Shown here one piece after another: positions 24,105 to 38,680 of a DNA stretch of 64,000 nucleotides; position 1 is the first letter of the stretch, and every line of letters begins with the position of its first letter. Source of the DNA: Paraspadella gotoi. Taxonomy: Eukaryota > Animalia > Chaetognatha. Location of the stretch: contig CM119265.1 in NCBI GenBank assembly GCA_051294375.1, forward strand, positions 19,020,631 to 19,084,630, in the 5' to 3' direction. The position numbers were made by a program, and so were the translations under genes. Below the pieces are notes generated by a model. It was given only the letters and a program-made list of their open reading frames with translations, did no database searches and was not told the origin of the DNA.

Positions 24105-27100
24105 GTTCGGCATAACCGAGGAAAGAGGCGGTGCGCCTGGAAAAAGTTTGGAAACCCAGAAGGAAAGGAGGAGGAGGAAGAGAAGGAGGAGGAGGAAAGA
24201 AAGAAAGAAGGAATGAAGGATAGGGGGAAAAAAGGAGGAAAAGTCCCGAAAAGTTGAGCGAGAAAAAGAGAGGCATTTCCGAAGAATGGAGGGATGGGAC
24301 TAAAAACAGGAAAAATGAGGAAAGGTTCTAGTGTTTTTTTTTNNNNNNNNNNNNNNNNNNNNNNNNNNNNNNNNNNNNNNNNNNNNNNNNNNNNNNNNNN
24401 NNNNNNNNNNNNNNNNNNNNNNNNNNNNNNNNNNNNNNNNNNNNNNNNNNNNNNNNNNNNNNNNNNNNNNNNNNNNNNNNNNNNNNNNNNNNNNNNNNNN
24501 NNNNNNNNNNNNNNNNNNNNNNNNNNNNNNNNNNNNNNNNNNNNNNNNNNNNNNNNNNNNNNNNNNNNNNNNNNNNNNNNNNNNNNNNNNNNNNNNNNNN
24601 NNNNNNNNNNNNNNNNNNNNNNNNNNNNNNNNNNNNNNNNNNNNNNNNNNNNNNNNNNNNNNNNNNNNNNNNNNNNNNNNNNNNNNNNNNNNNNNNNNNN
24701 NNNNNNNNNNNNNNNNNNNNNNNNNNNNNNNNNNNNNNNNNNNNNNNNNNNNNNNNNNNNNNNNNNNNNNNNNNNNACGACGACGACGACGACGACGACG
24801 ACAAAAATTACGACGTTGTTTCCAAAAGAGAAACGGGACGCAAATCTTCTTCAAAGGCGGGCGACGTCCGGAGAAATCTCGCCGAGGAATAGAATAAGAA
24901 GGTGTTTGTTTAAAGGAATACGATCTTAGCCATGAGACAAAATAATAATCACAAGCAATATTGCGAATATTTAACAACACTACGATTCTGCAATAAGGAC
25001 GTTGACTTTATAAATCTCTCCTCTTAAAACCAAAACCGAGAACGAAACGTCATTCCCCCTGGGGAAAGAAAAATTATCTGGACCAACGATTCCAGTTTAA
25101 AATCCGTTCTGCTATTTCCACGATCATTTTTTTTCGCGCCTGAAATTCAGGAAAAAAGTTGAAATAAAACAAAAACCCATTCACTTTAAAAATCTTTTTC
25201 CTCAATTAAAATCCGCTGTAATTAAGATTTCGAGCGATAAAATAAAAAAAAACGTCAAAAGTAATCCATGAAACTCGTTGATCGAGTTACTGGATTTTGG
25301 GGTTTTTGAAGTAAATTCAAAGTTGTAAGTACTGTTACCCATTTTTGTATCATTATCAGTGGAAAGAAGTTAAAGAATTGAAATTACACATAAAACTTTT
25401 TAACGCTTCAAAGGGCAAGCATTTTTCCGACTAAAATGTCCTCCCAAAGAAAAAAACATTTCGGATGCTATAATTTTTTTTCAATTTTTGAAATTAATTA
25501 TTTCGGATGAGAATGAAAAGTTTCCGCTGGTCACACAGAACCAGCGTCGCCCGAGCGGGAAGCACCCAGAGCTCGAGAAGGATTCCCATGAAAAACCAGT
25601 TTCCATTTCCATGTTAAAGAAGACACTTTTAATTGTGCGTTTGTNNNNNNNNNNNNNNNNNNNNNNNNNNNNNNNNNNNNNNNNNNNNNNNNNNNNNNNN
25701 NNNNNNNNNNNNNNNNNNNNNNNNNNNNNNNNNNNNNNNNNNNNNNNNNNNNNNNNNNNNNNNNNNAGAGAGAGAGAGAGAGAGAGAGAGAGTTTTAATT
25801 ATCTCCGACGTTCATCGATCCGGGGAAAATCCTCTTCTTTTTCCCGTCGCCACGATTCGACGATCGGGATAATCGGCGGATCCCGGGTTCGAATCCCGGT
25901 TTCGCTTCCGTATTTCTTTATCGTTGTGTCTCTCGCATTTTTCACTAACATGGTCGGTCGGACCTTTGCTCGATCAACGGGTCAGTTTTTCCTTCCTTTA
26001 TTTTCCTTCTCTAATTCCAACAGCGAGAACAAGAAAATCCCAATCAAAAACCAACGAAGCGATATGTTTCTTTTTCTCTCTTTTTTCGACTTATGTTTAA
26101 TTTGTACTAATTTCCTTTCTTTGTTCAAGTTCGCTCATCAATATTCAAAAAACAAGGAAATCAAAGGCGAACAAAAGCGCAATCCTCATTCGATTGAATT
26201 AAGTCGCACAAAACNNNNNNNNNNNNNNNNNNNNNNNNNNNNNNNNNNNNNNNNNNNNNNNNNNNNNNNNNNNNNNNNNNNNNNNNNNNNNNNNNNNNNN
26301 NNNNNNNNNNNNNNNNNNNNNNNNNNNNNNNNNNNNNNNNNNNNNNNNNNNNNNNNNNNNNNNNNNNNNNNNNNNNNNNNNNNNNNNNNNNNNNNNNNNN
26401 NNNNNNNNNNNNNNNNNNNNNNNNNNNNNNNNNNNNNNNNNNNNNNNNNNNNNNNNNNNNNNNNNNNNNNNNNNNNNNNNNNNNNNNNNNNNNNNNNNNN
26501 NNNNNNNNNNNNNNNNNNNNNNNNNNNNNNNNNNNNNNNNNNNNNNNNNNNNNNNNNNNNNNNNNNNNNNNNNNNNNNNNNNNNNNNNNNNNNNNNNNNN
26601 NNNNNNNNNNNNNNNNNNNNNNNNNNNNNNNNNNNNNNNNNNNNNNNNNNNNNNNNNNNNNNNNNNNNNNNNNNNNNNNNNNNNNNNNNNNNNNNNNNNN
26701 NNNNNNNNNNNNNNNNNNNNNNNNNNNNNNNNNNNNNNNNNNNNNNNNNNNNNNNNNNNNNNNNNNNNNNNNNNNNNNNNNNNNNNNNNNNNNNNNNNNN
26801 NNNNTGGTGCCACCATAGTGCGGTCGATGGTGCGAGCCTTGGAGCTTGGTCGGAAGGAGGGCGGATTTTGGATAGGATATATACGCGATGGAATTTTATG
26901 GGTTGATGGGTTCAAAGTCGTAACCAAAGTCCAACTAACATTTATTTTTTTTCATAGTTACTATTTTTATTTTCCATAGTACTGTAAATAGAAATGTTTG
27001 TAGGAGTAAATTTAACGCCACAATAACCCGGTCTAACTTCCAAAGATATTATTCTTTTACAAATCACAAATTACGAATCACTTTTACAAATCCATCCTTA

Positions 27101-29605
27101 ACTTCTTACGTCCATCTTTTCTGTCTTCCTCCATTCACTTCTCTCTACTTTTCCCCATTTCTCTTTTTTCTCCATTTCCTTCCATTTTCTTTTCCCCTTA
27201 TCTCCCTTTTCTTTCCCTTTCCTCTCCTTTTCCTCCATTTCTACCTTTTTCGGCTTTCACTACCATTTTCTCCTATTTGCCTTTTATTCCATCCCTCTTT
27301 CTTCCCCTTTTCTCCCTTTTCCTCAATTTCATGCCATTTTCCTGCCATTTTCTCCCCCTTTTCCTCCATTTCCTCCCCTTTTTCTTTCCCGGTCGCGAAG
27401 AATCTTTTTCCGGTCGCCTGAGTCTCTCGGAATCGGGAGTCACCCATCACACGGTTATGAATGCTGATGAGGAGGTTGGAGAAATAAAAAAGGGAGAAAA
27501 GGAAAAAAAAAGGGGGAAAAAGAAAGAAATATCTGATTTCGACAAAGAAAAAAAAACCAAACAGAAAAGCGCAGGAGGGCAGGGGGGGGGGGCAAAAGTT
27601 GGCCGGCCGTCGCCGCCCCGAACGAGTTCGTTCCACTTTTGCCCGAATTCCGTCCGGACGCCCGTCGCTGCCTTGGCGGTCCTTAGGACCATCGGTCCTT
27701 CGAGGCTGGCCTTTGCCCGCCATGTCCCTGGCGTCGGCTGGGTCCTATGCCCTCTCTATGGGAGTTCTTGAAAAAGCCACCCATGGGTATTTGTTGGATC
27801 CCCTCTTGGGCAGCGTCTTGCCAGGTCGACGCCCGGCCCTTTGCCAGTCGTGCCAGTCGGGTTGGTGCCCGCTCGGCTCCTCAAACATTTCATACATAGA
27901 GTGAGCGATTAAAGTCATTCAACTCTCCCAAGATTTGGTGAACATATCTCACCGCATTTCGTGAATCCTCCTCTTTTGCAAACCGCCGTGACCCAATCCT
28001 TGAGCCTCCCTCACAATCTTTCCTTGCGCTCGTAAAAAATCGTCTTTCGGAATGCCACGGAATGAGACGGCGCGGCATTAAATGCGCTCTCGACGCGGCA
28101 TTATGCCAATCTTTTCGACTCTTTCCACAAAAGCTTGCCGGACCCTTTTTTTTTTTAGTTCTGACTTCGAGCTTTGCCGGTCTTTTTTCCTGCACCCAAC
28201 CGTCCGGCGCNNNNNNNNNNAATGCGGAAACAATCATTTAAATCGAGAAGCAACAATCGGGAAAAATATCAAAATCTTTTGTTTTGTTGTNNNNNNNNNN
28301 NNNNNNNNNNNNNNNNNNNNNNNNNNNNNNNNNNNNNNNNNNNNNNNNNNNNNNNNNNNNNNNNNNNNNNNNNNNNNNNNNNNNNNNNNNNNNNNNNNNN
28401 NNNNNNNNNNNNNNNNNNNNNNNNNNNNNNNNNNNNNNNNNNNNNNNNNNNNNNNNNNNNNNNNNNNNNNNNNNNNNNNNNNGTGATAAAAAAAATATAA
28501 ACCGAAAAAAGTTGGAATCGTAACCGCTGAGATTTCAACTTCGATAAAATGACTCTGTCTCTATCACGCCTTCATTTGATTCTCTCTTACAAAGAAATAT
28601 AAANNNNNNNNNNNNNNNNNNNNNNNNNNNNNNNNNNNNNNNNNNNNNNNNNNNNNNNNNNNNNNNNNNNNNNNNNNNNNNNNNNNNNNNNNNNNNNNNN
28701 NNNNNNNNNNNNNNNNNNNNNNNNNNNNNNNNNNNNNNNNNNNNNNNNNNNNNNNNNNNNNNNNNNNNNNNNNGGAGAAAGGCGAGGCTTACAATAGAAA
28801 AGAAGGGGAAATGTAACGAAGCGAATCGATCGTTAGTCGATCGGTGAAAAAAAGAAAAGTCGCTTAAACGTTTAAGTGGAAACGGAAAATCACGACGACG
28901 ACGACGACGTCAACGACGACCAAGTTTGAATCGTTCCGTCTATGGAAGGGAAACTGAGCATCGAATGTCCCTCGAGGGAAAAAGGCGTCGTTGTACGACG
29001 GAGGAAAGACGAAAGGCGAAAAGGTAAGGGCTAAAGGGTTAGGGAGAGTGAATGAGATTCGGAAAGAAGGTTTTTTTTTTTGAAGAAGTGATTGATGCTT
29101 TATACGTGAGGCCATTCGCTTGACAAAAACGAGTTAGGAGATGTAAAATAAGAATCCTTGAATCGAAACGAACGTTCTCATTTCATAAATTATTAAGTAT
29201 GGAATAAAACTTTAAATCGCTCTTGTAAATTTTAACCTGAATATAACCAAAAAATAAAAAAGAAACTGGGGGGAATGAAAACTGGTGTTAATTGTGGAGG
29301 GAGGGGGGGCGTTGGAAAAATCCAGTTTCTGTCGTCGTAAATGATTAAAGCCGATCCTCGTTAAATTGGAAATTCCAAGTTTTCCTATTTTTTTTNNNNN
29401 NNNNNNNNNNNNNNNNNNNNNNNNNNNNNNNNNNNNNNNNNNNNNNNNNNNNNNNNNNNNNNNNNNNNNNNNNNNNNNNNNNNNNNNNNNNNNNNNNNNN
29501 NNNNNNNNNNNNNNNNNNNNNNNNNNNNNNNNNNNNNNNNNNNNNNNNNNNNNNNNNNNNNNNNNNNNNNNNNNNNNNNNNNNNNNNNNNNNNNNNNNNN
29601 NNNNN

Positions 29606-29637
<32 letters not shown>

Positions 29638-30195
29638 AAACACTTTTTACGGTTTTTCCCTACTAATAACAAACTAAGTAACTAAGTAACTCTTTCACAA
29701 ATTATTAACATAATTAAACAAGTTGGGAATCTGGTTAAAAGCAATTAAAAGATTCACTGCTCATGTTATAATAAAACCTGTACTGGGTTTAAAAAAATTC
29801 CCCACTTGAAAAAAAATTGAGTTTCTTAATTTTTCCAAACTTCAATGTCGTCGAAGTGAAAAATAAAAAGGGAGATTGAGATAAGATTTCTCTCTACCTC
29901 TCTCTCTCNNNNNNNNNNNNNNNNNNNNNNNNNNNNNNNNNNNNNNNNNNNNNNNNNNNNNNNNNNNNNNNNNNNNNNNNNNNNNNNNNNNNNNNNNNNN
30001 NNNNNNNNNNNNNNNNNNNNNNNNNNNNNNNNNNNNNNNNNNNNNNNNNNNNNNNNNNNNNNNNNNNNNNNNNNNNNNNNNNNNNNNNNNNNNNNNNNNN
30101 NNNNNNNNNNNNNNNNNNNNNNNNNNNNNNNNNNNNNNNNATCGAAAAGGAAGAGAAAAACCTTTGATAAGACGTCTGATCGTAATGGAAGCACG

Positions 30196-30250
<55 letters not shown>

Positions 30251-32666
30251 GTGCATACATAGCCTATGGCAAGGTTTATTAAATCGGGGCAGAAAGGGTG
30301 AGAGAAAAGACGGCGACAAAGAGAGTGTCAAAGATAACTAATCAGTCACTATTTCTTAACAGTTTATGTCTCATCGATTGTAAAAACAACTCAGTTAATT
30401 CCTTTGTTAATTCTTCACTTAAACAAAAAAAAAAAGCGATAAAAATTTCCAACATAAAACGCATTAAGCAAATTTTTACCTAGTGAATTTTTTATTTTAT
30501 TTTAAGGACCGATCCCACAAAATTAGGATCTCTCTCTCTCTCTCATATCGAGAAAAGGACGAAGCGCAAATAATAAAGTGCTTAGTCGGATTCGAACTCG
30601 CGACCTCGACCACGGCGATAAAATTCGATAAATTTCGATAAAAGATCGAAGAGACATTGAGAGGGAAGGGGAGAAAGAGATAGAGGGATACTAAAAAATA
30701 TAAAACCCACCGAAAATTAAAGAAATAAATTTAAAAAGTTAAAAAAAAGTGGAAAAAGCCCGAATTAAATTCACAGATCACAGGTCAAATCACGCGATCG
30801 ATAAGAAAACGAAATCGTGAAAAGATGTGGACAAAAGAACAATCGAACTGCTCTGAGTCATCACCACCTTCTTTGACATCGAAAACCCAGCGGCACCCGT
30901 CCAACGCGGGTCGTCGCTTCGTTTTTAACTCGATCCGACGTAGAATTTAACCGAATTAAACTTTAATTTTTTTATATCTGTGAATTTTGTAAATGATTGA
31001 TCGCCGTTTTATTAATCATCGAAAAGAAAGAGTAGTCGGGCTGAGAATTTAAAAAAAAAAAAAGAAATGAATTAAATCGGAGAAAAAGAGGGAGAAAGAA
31101 AACGCGGTTTGTCTCGCGGGCGGGATTCCGCGAATGAGGCCACTCGTTTTAGCGAAATACTGAGAGCGAGATGTCACGAATTATGAGTCTCGGCTCCCGT
31201 TGTCTCAAAGTTTGTTCAAGTCTAGATCTAAAATACTGAAATACATATATCGAACATTTTTCGCATTCAAAAAGTAAAAAAAAACAAAAAAACAAAGAAG
31301 TCCCCCCCTTCTTTCTCTCCACCGGGGAAAAGGACGCGGGCATCAGCTGCTTTCAATCCTTTTTTTTTTTAAGTTTTTTCTCGAGTGTTTGTTTGTTTAT
31401 CTTTCAAATTCTCCCGCCCTCATGATCTAACGGGAAAGTCTACTCGTTCTCTGTTTGATTAGTTCCTCTTTATTTGCATCCGCGATTCAATCGACACACC
31501 TAAGATTATCTTTTCCCGCATTTGGTTTTCACTTACCTATTTCATCTTCACTTCCTTACCCTTTTCCACTCTCACTTCTCATTTTCTCTCTCTCTCTCTC
31601 TCGTATCTCTCTCTCGTCTCTCTCTTCTCTCCTCTCTCTCTCTCTCTTCATCCGTTTCGTTCAACTTCCCTTCATTGTCTCACGGCAATCTTCGTTCTAC
31701 ATCTCGTTTCCAGACTTTCCGCGGTCATCACTCTCACCTGACCCCATCCAACCCACCCGCCACCTCTACGCCATCACCACGAGTCTACCGTTCGAACTCC
31801 CCTCCTAAACCGGCATTTCAACGGCTTTCCCTCGATCGCTCTTTTTAACTCTTCCTCTCCTCTCCTCCTCCCTCCTCCTCCTCCTCCTTCCCGCTCTCTC
31901 TTTCACTCATCGGGTTCCCGGTTCTCGACTAGTCTGAGAAAAGAATCTTACATCTTAACTCGGAACCCCCTTACCCCTTTTCCCCCCCGAATCCCTTACA
32001 CCCCATTTTCCCCCCGAATCCCTTACCCCGAAGTCTCGTATTTCCTTCAATTCTCTTAAGTCTCGAGACGCTTACTGCACGGACTGCTCACCAATAAAAT
32101 CATAACCCCCCGCCCAACGTTTCGAAATTCTGGACCCTCTTTACCCCCCAAGCCCAGGGCCACCCCTAGACTAAACCTCACCCTTTCCTCACCCTCATTA
32201 AGGCGATGAAAGTAACGGCAGACTTTCCTCTTTCACGACGGAAGCACGAGTCTCCCTCTAGTGAAATAGGGAGATAAGCCCACTAATTAATTCAACTTAA
32301 TATGTAATTTTTATGTATATGTTATAACCAAAATAAATTTTTATGTTATTAAATATTTTGAGATAAATGAAGGCATTAACCCACAATAATGAGGAAGCAA
32401 AATAAATAGTAATAAGAAATGAATGTAAATGCACTCTTTGTCCCAATTTCATAATTAAGTACTGTAATTGATTATGATTAATCTTGCTTCTTTTTCGATG
32501 AAAGCGTCGATACCAGAATTGGCAAAGAATCATCGATCGCCTTCTGCAATGGACCGTGACATAATCGCTCTTTCGACCAGCTCACCCTTTCGATCTCACC
32601 TCACCCGTGGAAACTCCTCTTCCTCATCGTCTCCCGCTGGGTCGAATTACTCCCTCCCGCGCCACC

Positions 32667-32754
<88 letters not shown>

Positions 32755-34189
32755 CTATGCTTTCAATTTGACAACCAATCTACCTATACTACAATAAACT
32801 ACGGATTTGCAACAAAAAAGGAACGAAGGATCGTTTCGATACAAAACGAAGCTCAACCTCAAAGTGGAATTCAGTGATTCTCACGATGGAACTCATTCAC
32901 GTATCGCGTCGTGACTCTCACGACTCGAGACTCGGATTCGAGTGACAAGTGACGATTTCGATGTTCGACTTCGCGATTTTCTGGAGAAGAAAACGAGAAA
33001 AAAGAAAAAGAGAAAAAAGAAGATTAAAAAACTTCCTAAAAAAAAACAAACAAACAAACGCGATGACAACATTTTGACAGATGCGAGAAAAAGGGGCGCA
33101 ACGTTGTCGTCGTCATCCTGGTCGTCGTCTTCGTTTCTTTCTTTTTGGCGTCGTTATTTTGCGATTTCGTCGTCGTCGTCATCATCACCGTCATCGTCAA
33201 AATCGTCTTCGCCGTCGTCTTCGCCCCGAGGCTTAGAAAAGAAAATCGGCTCAAACGGTTTCGTTTTTCTCTCGAATTCAAAAATGAGAAAAATGGGATT
33301 AAATTTCGATTTCGAAAAAACTACCGAGTCTGACGGCGACGACGACAACAACAACTAAAAGCAGCTACAACAACAACGATCAAAGATTTTTGTCGAGAAT
33401 CGAGTTTCCTGCGTTGGACACGCCACGCGTCAGTTTCGAGTCTCGGGTTCACTTTCTCTCTCCCCTTCTCCTTTCCATTTTTCTGTCACCCTTTCTCTCT
33501 ATATGCTTAGTTTGCTTACATGTACTTTGTGCCACATCTCTCTTTTATTCCCTCTCATTTTTTTTTTGCTATTCCTTTGCTTTTCTTTCGAAATGTGAGA
33601 CCGAAGCGCTTCTTACATTGTCTTCGATCAAAGATGAGCGATGCGAGCCAGATGCGACACAAGATTTAAATAAATTAAAAAAAAATGCGCACAAAGATAT
33701 GCGAACGGAAGAAACTTGCGCAGAGAATTTAGTCACGATTCGCTCGAAGCAAAAAAAAAGGTTTGACATTGGAAAAGAAAAAATAAAAAAGAAAAATAAA
33801 AAGAAAAAGAAAGGAAAAGGGTTTTTTCTTTTTTTTTTACATGAGGTGAAAAACGCGGGTTAATTTTTAACGATTCCAAACCGAAACAGATGAGAAGGAT
33901 CGTAAACGACCGTAAAGCTTGACAACAGCAGAAAAGTGTGTTTACATTCGGTTTAGTCGTCGTAAATAAAGAAAAAGAGAGACAGAGAGAGAGAGAAAGA
34001 GAAAGAGAGAGGGAGAGAGTGGAAAGAGGGAGAAGAAAAAAGTTAGTGACGGAAATATCGGAAGATAAAAGGTCGTTATGTGGAAAATAACAACTGGAAA
34101 TCCTTGATGTAATTTTTGAGTTTTTAAGATACACGATAGTTGTTGGTTAATTATGGGACAAATATCACGCGTCAGTCATCGCCTCTGTC

Positions 34190-34259
34190 ACGGACCAATC
34201 ATCCCTTCGATCGCCAGCCAATCATCGCCTCGATCGCCAGCCAATCATCGCCTCGATCG
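34190..34259 (+). repeat. 23-bp tandem repeat, each unit carrying a CCAAT box
   Basis: Unit cgccagccaatcatcgcctcgat; CCAAT starts at 34195, 34218 and 34241. Confidence 0.85.
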
Positions 34260-34860
34260 TGCGTGGAAGCGACGCCTCCGGTTAAAATCGTTAAACTTCC
34301 GACTCAGCGGAAGAAAAAGAACATCGAGCCCAAACATTTCGAAACAACTGGTGAAAAATGAAGAAGAGGAAAAAAAAGGTCATGAGACCTTGGACGAGAC
34401 ATGTTTGCGTTCGGGAGCTGAGGCTGTTGAGGCTGGAGAGGCTGATGTGGAGAGAGGATGTATAATTATCTAATCGAGGGTGAGAAGGTCAAAAATTAAG
34501 TGGGTGACGGAACAGTGTATGTATAATCTCTGAGCGGAGTGGGAGCCGAGGTCCTTCAAAAGTGTAACTTTAGGAATGTGTTGTTAATTATAACATGAAA
34601 ATTGTAAAAGTTTTTTTTAAGTATGAGGGGAGATCTGACTAAGTGTCACAGAACGATGAAAGAAAAGAAAAAAAAATCAAAGGAAGACGAAGAGATAAAC
34701 CATTTAAAATAGTAGAGGCGGGAAAAAACCTTTCGACGGAAAAAAAAATTAAATCCTAAATAGGGAAATTCTTTCCCGAAAGAAAAGTTGACGAACTTCC
34801 GTTTTCGTTACAAACCGTTCGTTCTGTACTCTGAGGAATTTTCCGCGAAACAATTAATCA

Positions 34861-35159
34861 CCCTGCGACGCGATTAGAGACAGTGAAAAAAAAACCTTCG
34901 AAAAAACGGTGACGCAGTGGGACGACGACGAAGACGACGACGTCTTCCTCATCGCAGCGTCATGTGTCAAAAACCGTCACTAACAACTCCACCCCCGCCA
35001 CTGCGCTAATTCACTCCCCCCCACTCGTCAGTCGTCTCCTTTTTAGCCGCGCCCCCCCTCCCCTTCTAAAGCAAAGTACAATTTTTCTCGGAAGAAAAAA
35101 AAATCAGGATTCGGTGCAAAAACGATAGAAGTGAAATGAGAGAGAGAGAGAGACAGAGA

Positions 35160-35219
<60 letters not shown>

Positions 35220-36532
35220 AGAGAGAAGAGAGAGAGATCTTCTGGGTTGAGGAATTTTTTTTTGGGAGATCGATTTTCGAAGTAAAGATACTTGACGGTA
35301 AAAAGTAAATTTATGTCCTTAAGAATTGGGGAAAGGGGAAGAAGGGAAAGGGGAAGAAGGGAAAGGGGAAGAAGGGAAAGGGGAAGAAGGGAAAGGAGGT
35401 CTGGAAAAAGAGGCGTTGGGACCGGAAAAGGGAGTTAAGGGGATCGAGGAAAAGTTAGGATGTGTTATGCAAGAGTTTTGATCAAATGGGAAATTTGGGG
35501 AGAAAAAAAAAGATAAAGACAAGAGGTTGAAGGGGCTAATTTTTAGGTAATAATATGGTGAAATTATCGGGTTAAAAATGAAATAGGGTTTTTGGAAAAA
35601 GTAAAAGTAAAAAAAGCGGTGGGTGGGGCCGGTAGATGCTTGGGATTTTGGTGGTTGGGCTCAAAGGGCTCGGGTGAAAAAAAGGGAAAAAAATCGGTTG
35701 AGACGAAATTGGGGAAAAGTCCCGAGTCTGAAAAGTTATGGACGAAGACGGGGCTTGTCAGATGAATGACTTTGAATGAAAGGTTACAAATTACGAAGAA
35801 AGTAATGAAGATTCGAAAGAGAGTGAGAAAGAAAGAGATAAACAGCAAGGATAGAAAGACAGTAAGATTTAAAGAAAGTGAACAAAAAAAAGGAGGCAAA
35901 AGCTGAAAAAGGAATATACTAATCGAGAGTTGAATAAATAAAAAATCAAAACCTGTTTTGACGGACGGAAATAAATAAATAGTTAAAGAATATTATTGCA
36001 ATTTGAAAAAAAAACTCACCTCAAATAAAACGTCAACAACGGGAATGACTGGCCTTTTATTTTGGTCTTTTTTTTTCTTTTTTGTCTTTGTTTTTCTTTT
36101 TCTCTCTAGAAATCGAATCGTTCGGTAATTTTTGAGGAAAACGGCGAATTTCGCGACTTTTTTTTCAAGAGGGCTTCGTTAATTAATATTTTTTTGGAAA
36201 AGTCGAGAGANNNNNNNNNNNNNNNNNNNNNNNNNCCCTGAGCTGACGCGATTAGAGACAGTGAAAAAAAAACTTCGAAAAACCGGTGGACGCCAGTGGG
36301 ACGACGACGAACGACGACGACGTCTTCCTCCATCGCAGAGCGTCATGTGTCAAAAACCGTCACTAAACTCACCCCCGCCACTGCGGCTAATTCACTCCCC
36401 CCCACTCGTCAGTCGTCCTCCTTTTAAGCCGCGCCCCCACTCCCCTTCTAAGCAAAGTACATTTTTTCTCGGAAGAATAAAATCAGGATTCGGGCAAAAA
36501 AGAAGAAGTGAAAATGAGAGAGAGAGAGAGAC

Positions 36533-36588
<56 letters not shown>

Positions 36589-37630
36589 AGAAGAGAAGGA
36601 GAGAAGAGAGAGAGATCTTCTGGGTTGAGGAATTTCTTTTTGGGAGATCGGATTTTCGAAGTAAAGATTACTTGACGGTAAAAAAGTAAATTTATGTCCT
36701 TAAAGAATTGGGGAAAGGGGAAGAAGGGGAAAGGGGAAGAAGGGAAAGGGGAAGAAGGGAAAGGGTAATAAGGGAAAAGGAGAGTCTGGAAAAAGAGCGT
36801 TGGGACCGGAAAAAGGGAGTTAAAGGGGATCGAGAAAATTAGGAATGTGTTTAAGCAAGAGGTTTGAAATCACAATGGGAAAATTTGGGGAGAAAAAAAA
36901 AGATAAAGACAAGAGGTTGAAGGGGCTAATTTTAGGTAATATATGGTGAAATTATGCGGGTTATAAATGAAATAGGGTATTTTGCGCAAAAAGATATAAA
37001 AGTAAAAAAAAGCGGTGGGTGGGGCCGGTAGGATGCTTGGATTTGGTGGTGGGCTCAAGGGCTCGGTGAAAAAAGGGAAAAAAGAATCGGTTTGAAGACG
37101 GAAATTGGGGAAAAGTCCCGAGTCTGAAAAGTTATGACGAAGAACGGGGCCTTGGTCAGATGAAATGACTTTTGAAATGAGAGGTACATTTAACGAAGAA
37201 AGTAATAGAGTTCGAAAGAGAGTGAGCAAGAAAGAGATAAACAGCTAAGCGATAGAAGACAGTAAGATTTAAAGGAAAGTGAACAAAAAAAGGAAGGCAA
37301 AAAGGCTGAAAAAGGAATATCTAATCGAGAGTTGAAAAATGAAAAAATCAAAACCTGTTTTGGACGGACGGAAATAAATAAAGTAGTTAAAGAATATTTA
37401 GCAACATTTGAAAAAAAAAACTCAACCTCAATAAAATCGTAACAACGGGGAATGACGGCTTTTATTTTTTTTGGTTTTTTTTTTTCTTTTTTTTGTCTTG
37501 TTTTTATCTTTTCTCTCCTAGAAATCGATCGTTCGGGATAATTTTGTTTGAGGAAAACGGGGAATTTTTGCGACTTTTTTTTTCACAGAGGGGCTTCGTT
37601 AATTAATATTTTTCTTGGAAAGTCGAGAGA
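34861..37630. repeat. ~1.35-kb direct tandem duplication across a 25-N gap (34861-36210 / 36236-~37630)
   Basis: ccctg..gacgcgattagagacagtgaaaaa begins both copies and both end at ggaaaagtcgagaga. They differ by small indels and flank the 25-N gap at 36211-36235. Confidence 0.95.
35328..35397. repeat. 15-bp purine tandem repeat (GGGAAAGGGGAAGAA)n
   Basis: About 4.5 units read directly; repeated in the duplicate copy at ~36710-36780. Confidence 0.9.
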
Positions 37631-37641
37631 GAGCAGAGGAG

Positions 37642-37676
<35 letters not shown>

Positions 37677-38279
37677 AGAGAAGGAGAGAGAGAGAGAGAG
37701 AGAGAACAACCCCTTCGCGATTGTGTGTGTTGTGTTTTAAGTTTTTTTTTTCCTTTTAAAAGTTTCACATTTCGTCGCCCCTGCTGGTTAATCGACGAAG
37801 ATCGAGGAAGAAGAACCACAATTTTCCTTAACGCGATTAGAAATTTAAAAAAAAAAAAGAAAGAAAAAACTTTAGTTAAAAAGTAAAAGTATTTAGGACG
37901 AAAATCGGGGAGGGAGTTTCTTCTGTCGGAGGAGGGATGTAAGATGAACGCGCGGGTGGCTTCCGCGCGGAAGATGGCGCCGGGAAAAGAGGCGCCGAGG
38001 GGCGAGTAGCGAAGTTGTGGCGATATCGCTTGACGCTGGGCCTCGTCGGTCGGGTCACGTGGCGAGACCGACAAATGAATCGGTGCCTCACCCGTCGCCC
38101 GGGGTCGTCGAGGGAAAGTTGTCGGCTTTTGAAGCCGATCTGAGATGACCGGAAGTAGAGAGACGTAAAGATTGACGCTGAGTTTGTGGCGTGTCTCGGA
38201 GAAATGAATGTGTTCTTTTTTTTTTGTTCGTTTGTTGATTGAGAATTTGATTGTTTTTTATTCTCTGCGTCACGATTTT

Positions 38280-38680
38280 TTTTTTGTGACGCAGTGACGT
38301 GAGTCAGTAAAGTGGCGCGAGTGGAGCAAATTCGGTGGAGCAAAGTCTTTGACGTCAGTGAAGCCAAATAGTCTTGTGACCCTGAATGACTTTCGTGAAC
38401 GTCTCGCTCTCGCGCGCGTTTCTGTGTGATCGACGGTTTCGGCCGGACAGAGCGCGAGCCAGTGTGAAATGAGAGAGAGCGATGTGACGCGAGGGCAGAG
38501 AGATCGCGAGACAGAGTCACGAAATCGCGCGCGCGCGTGAGAGAGAGTCTTGGTAATGGAAAAAAAAACCAGGAGGAAGAAGGGGAGGAAATATCGGTGG
38601 AGGAAGAGAGGAAGAGAGAGAGAGAGATTCCCGAAGACGAGAGAGAGAGGGAGAGACAGAGGCGCCCTTTTTATACCAAA
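38280..38680 (-). promoter_or_regulatory. Candidate promoter/enhancer: minus-strand TATA box plus AP-1/CRE cluster
   Basis: GTATAAAAAGGGCGCC on the minus strand (TATAAAAA at 38668-38675), TGACGTCA at 38350-38357, TGAGTCA at ~38300 and several TGACG half-sites in CpG-rich DNA. Motif matches only, no functional evidence. Confidence 0.35.
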
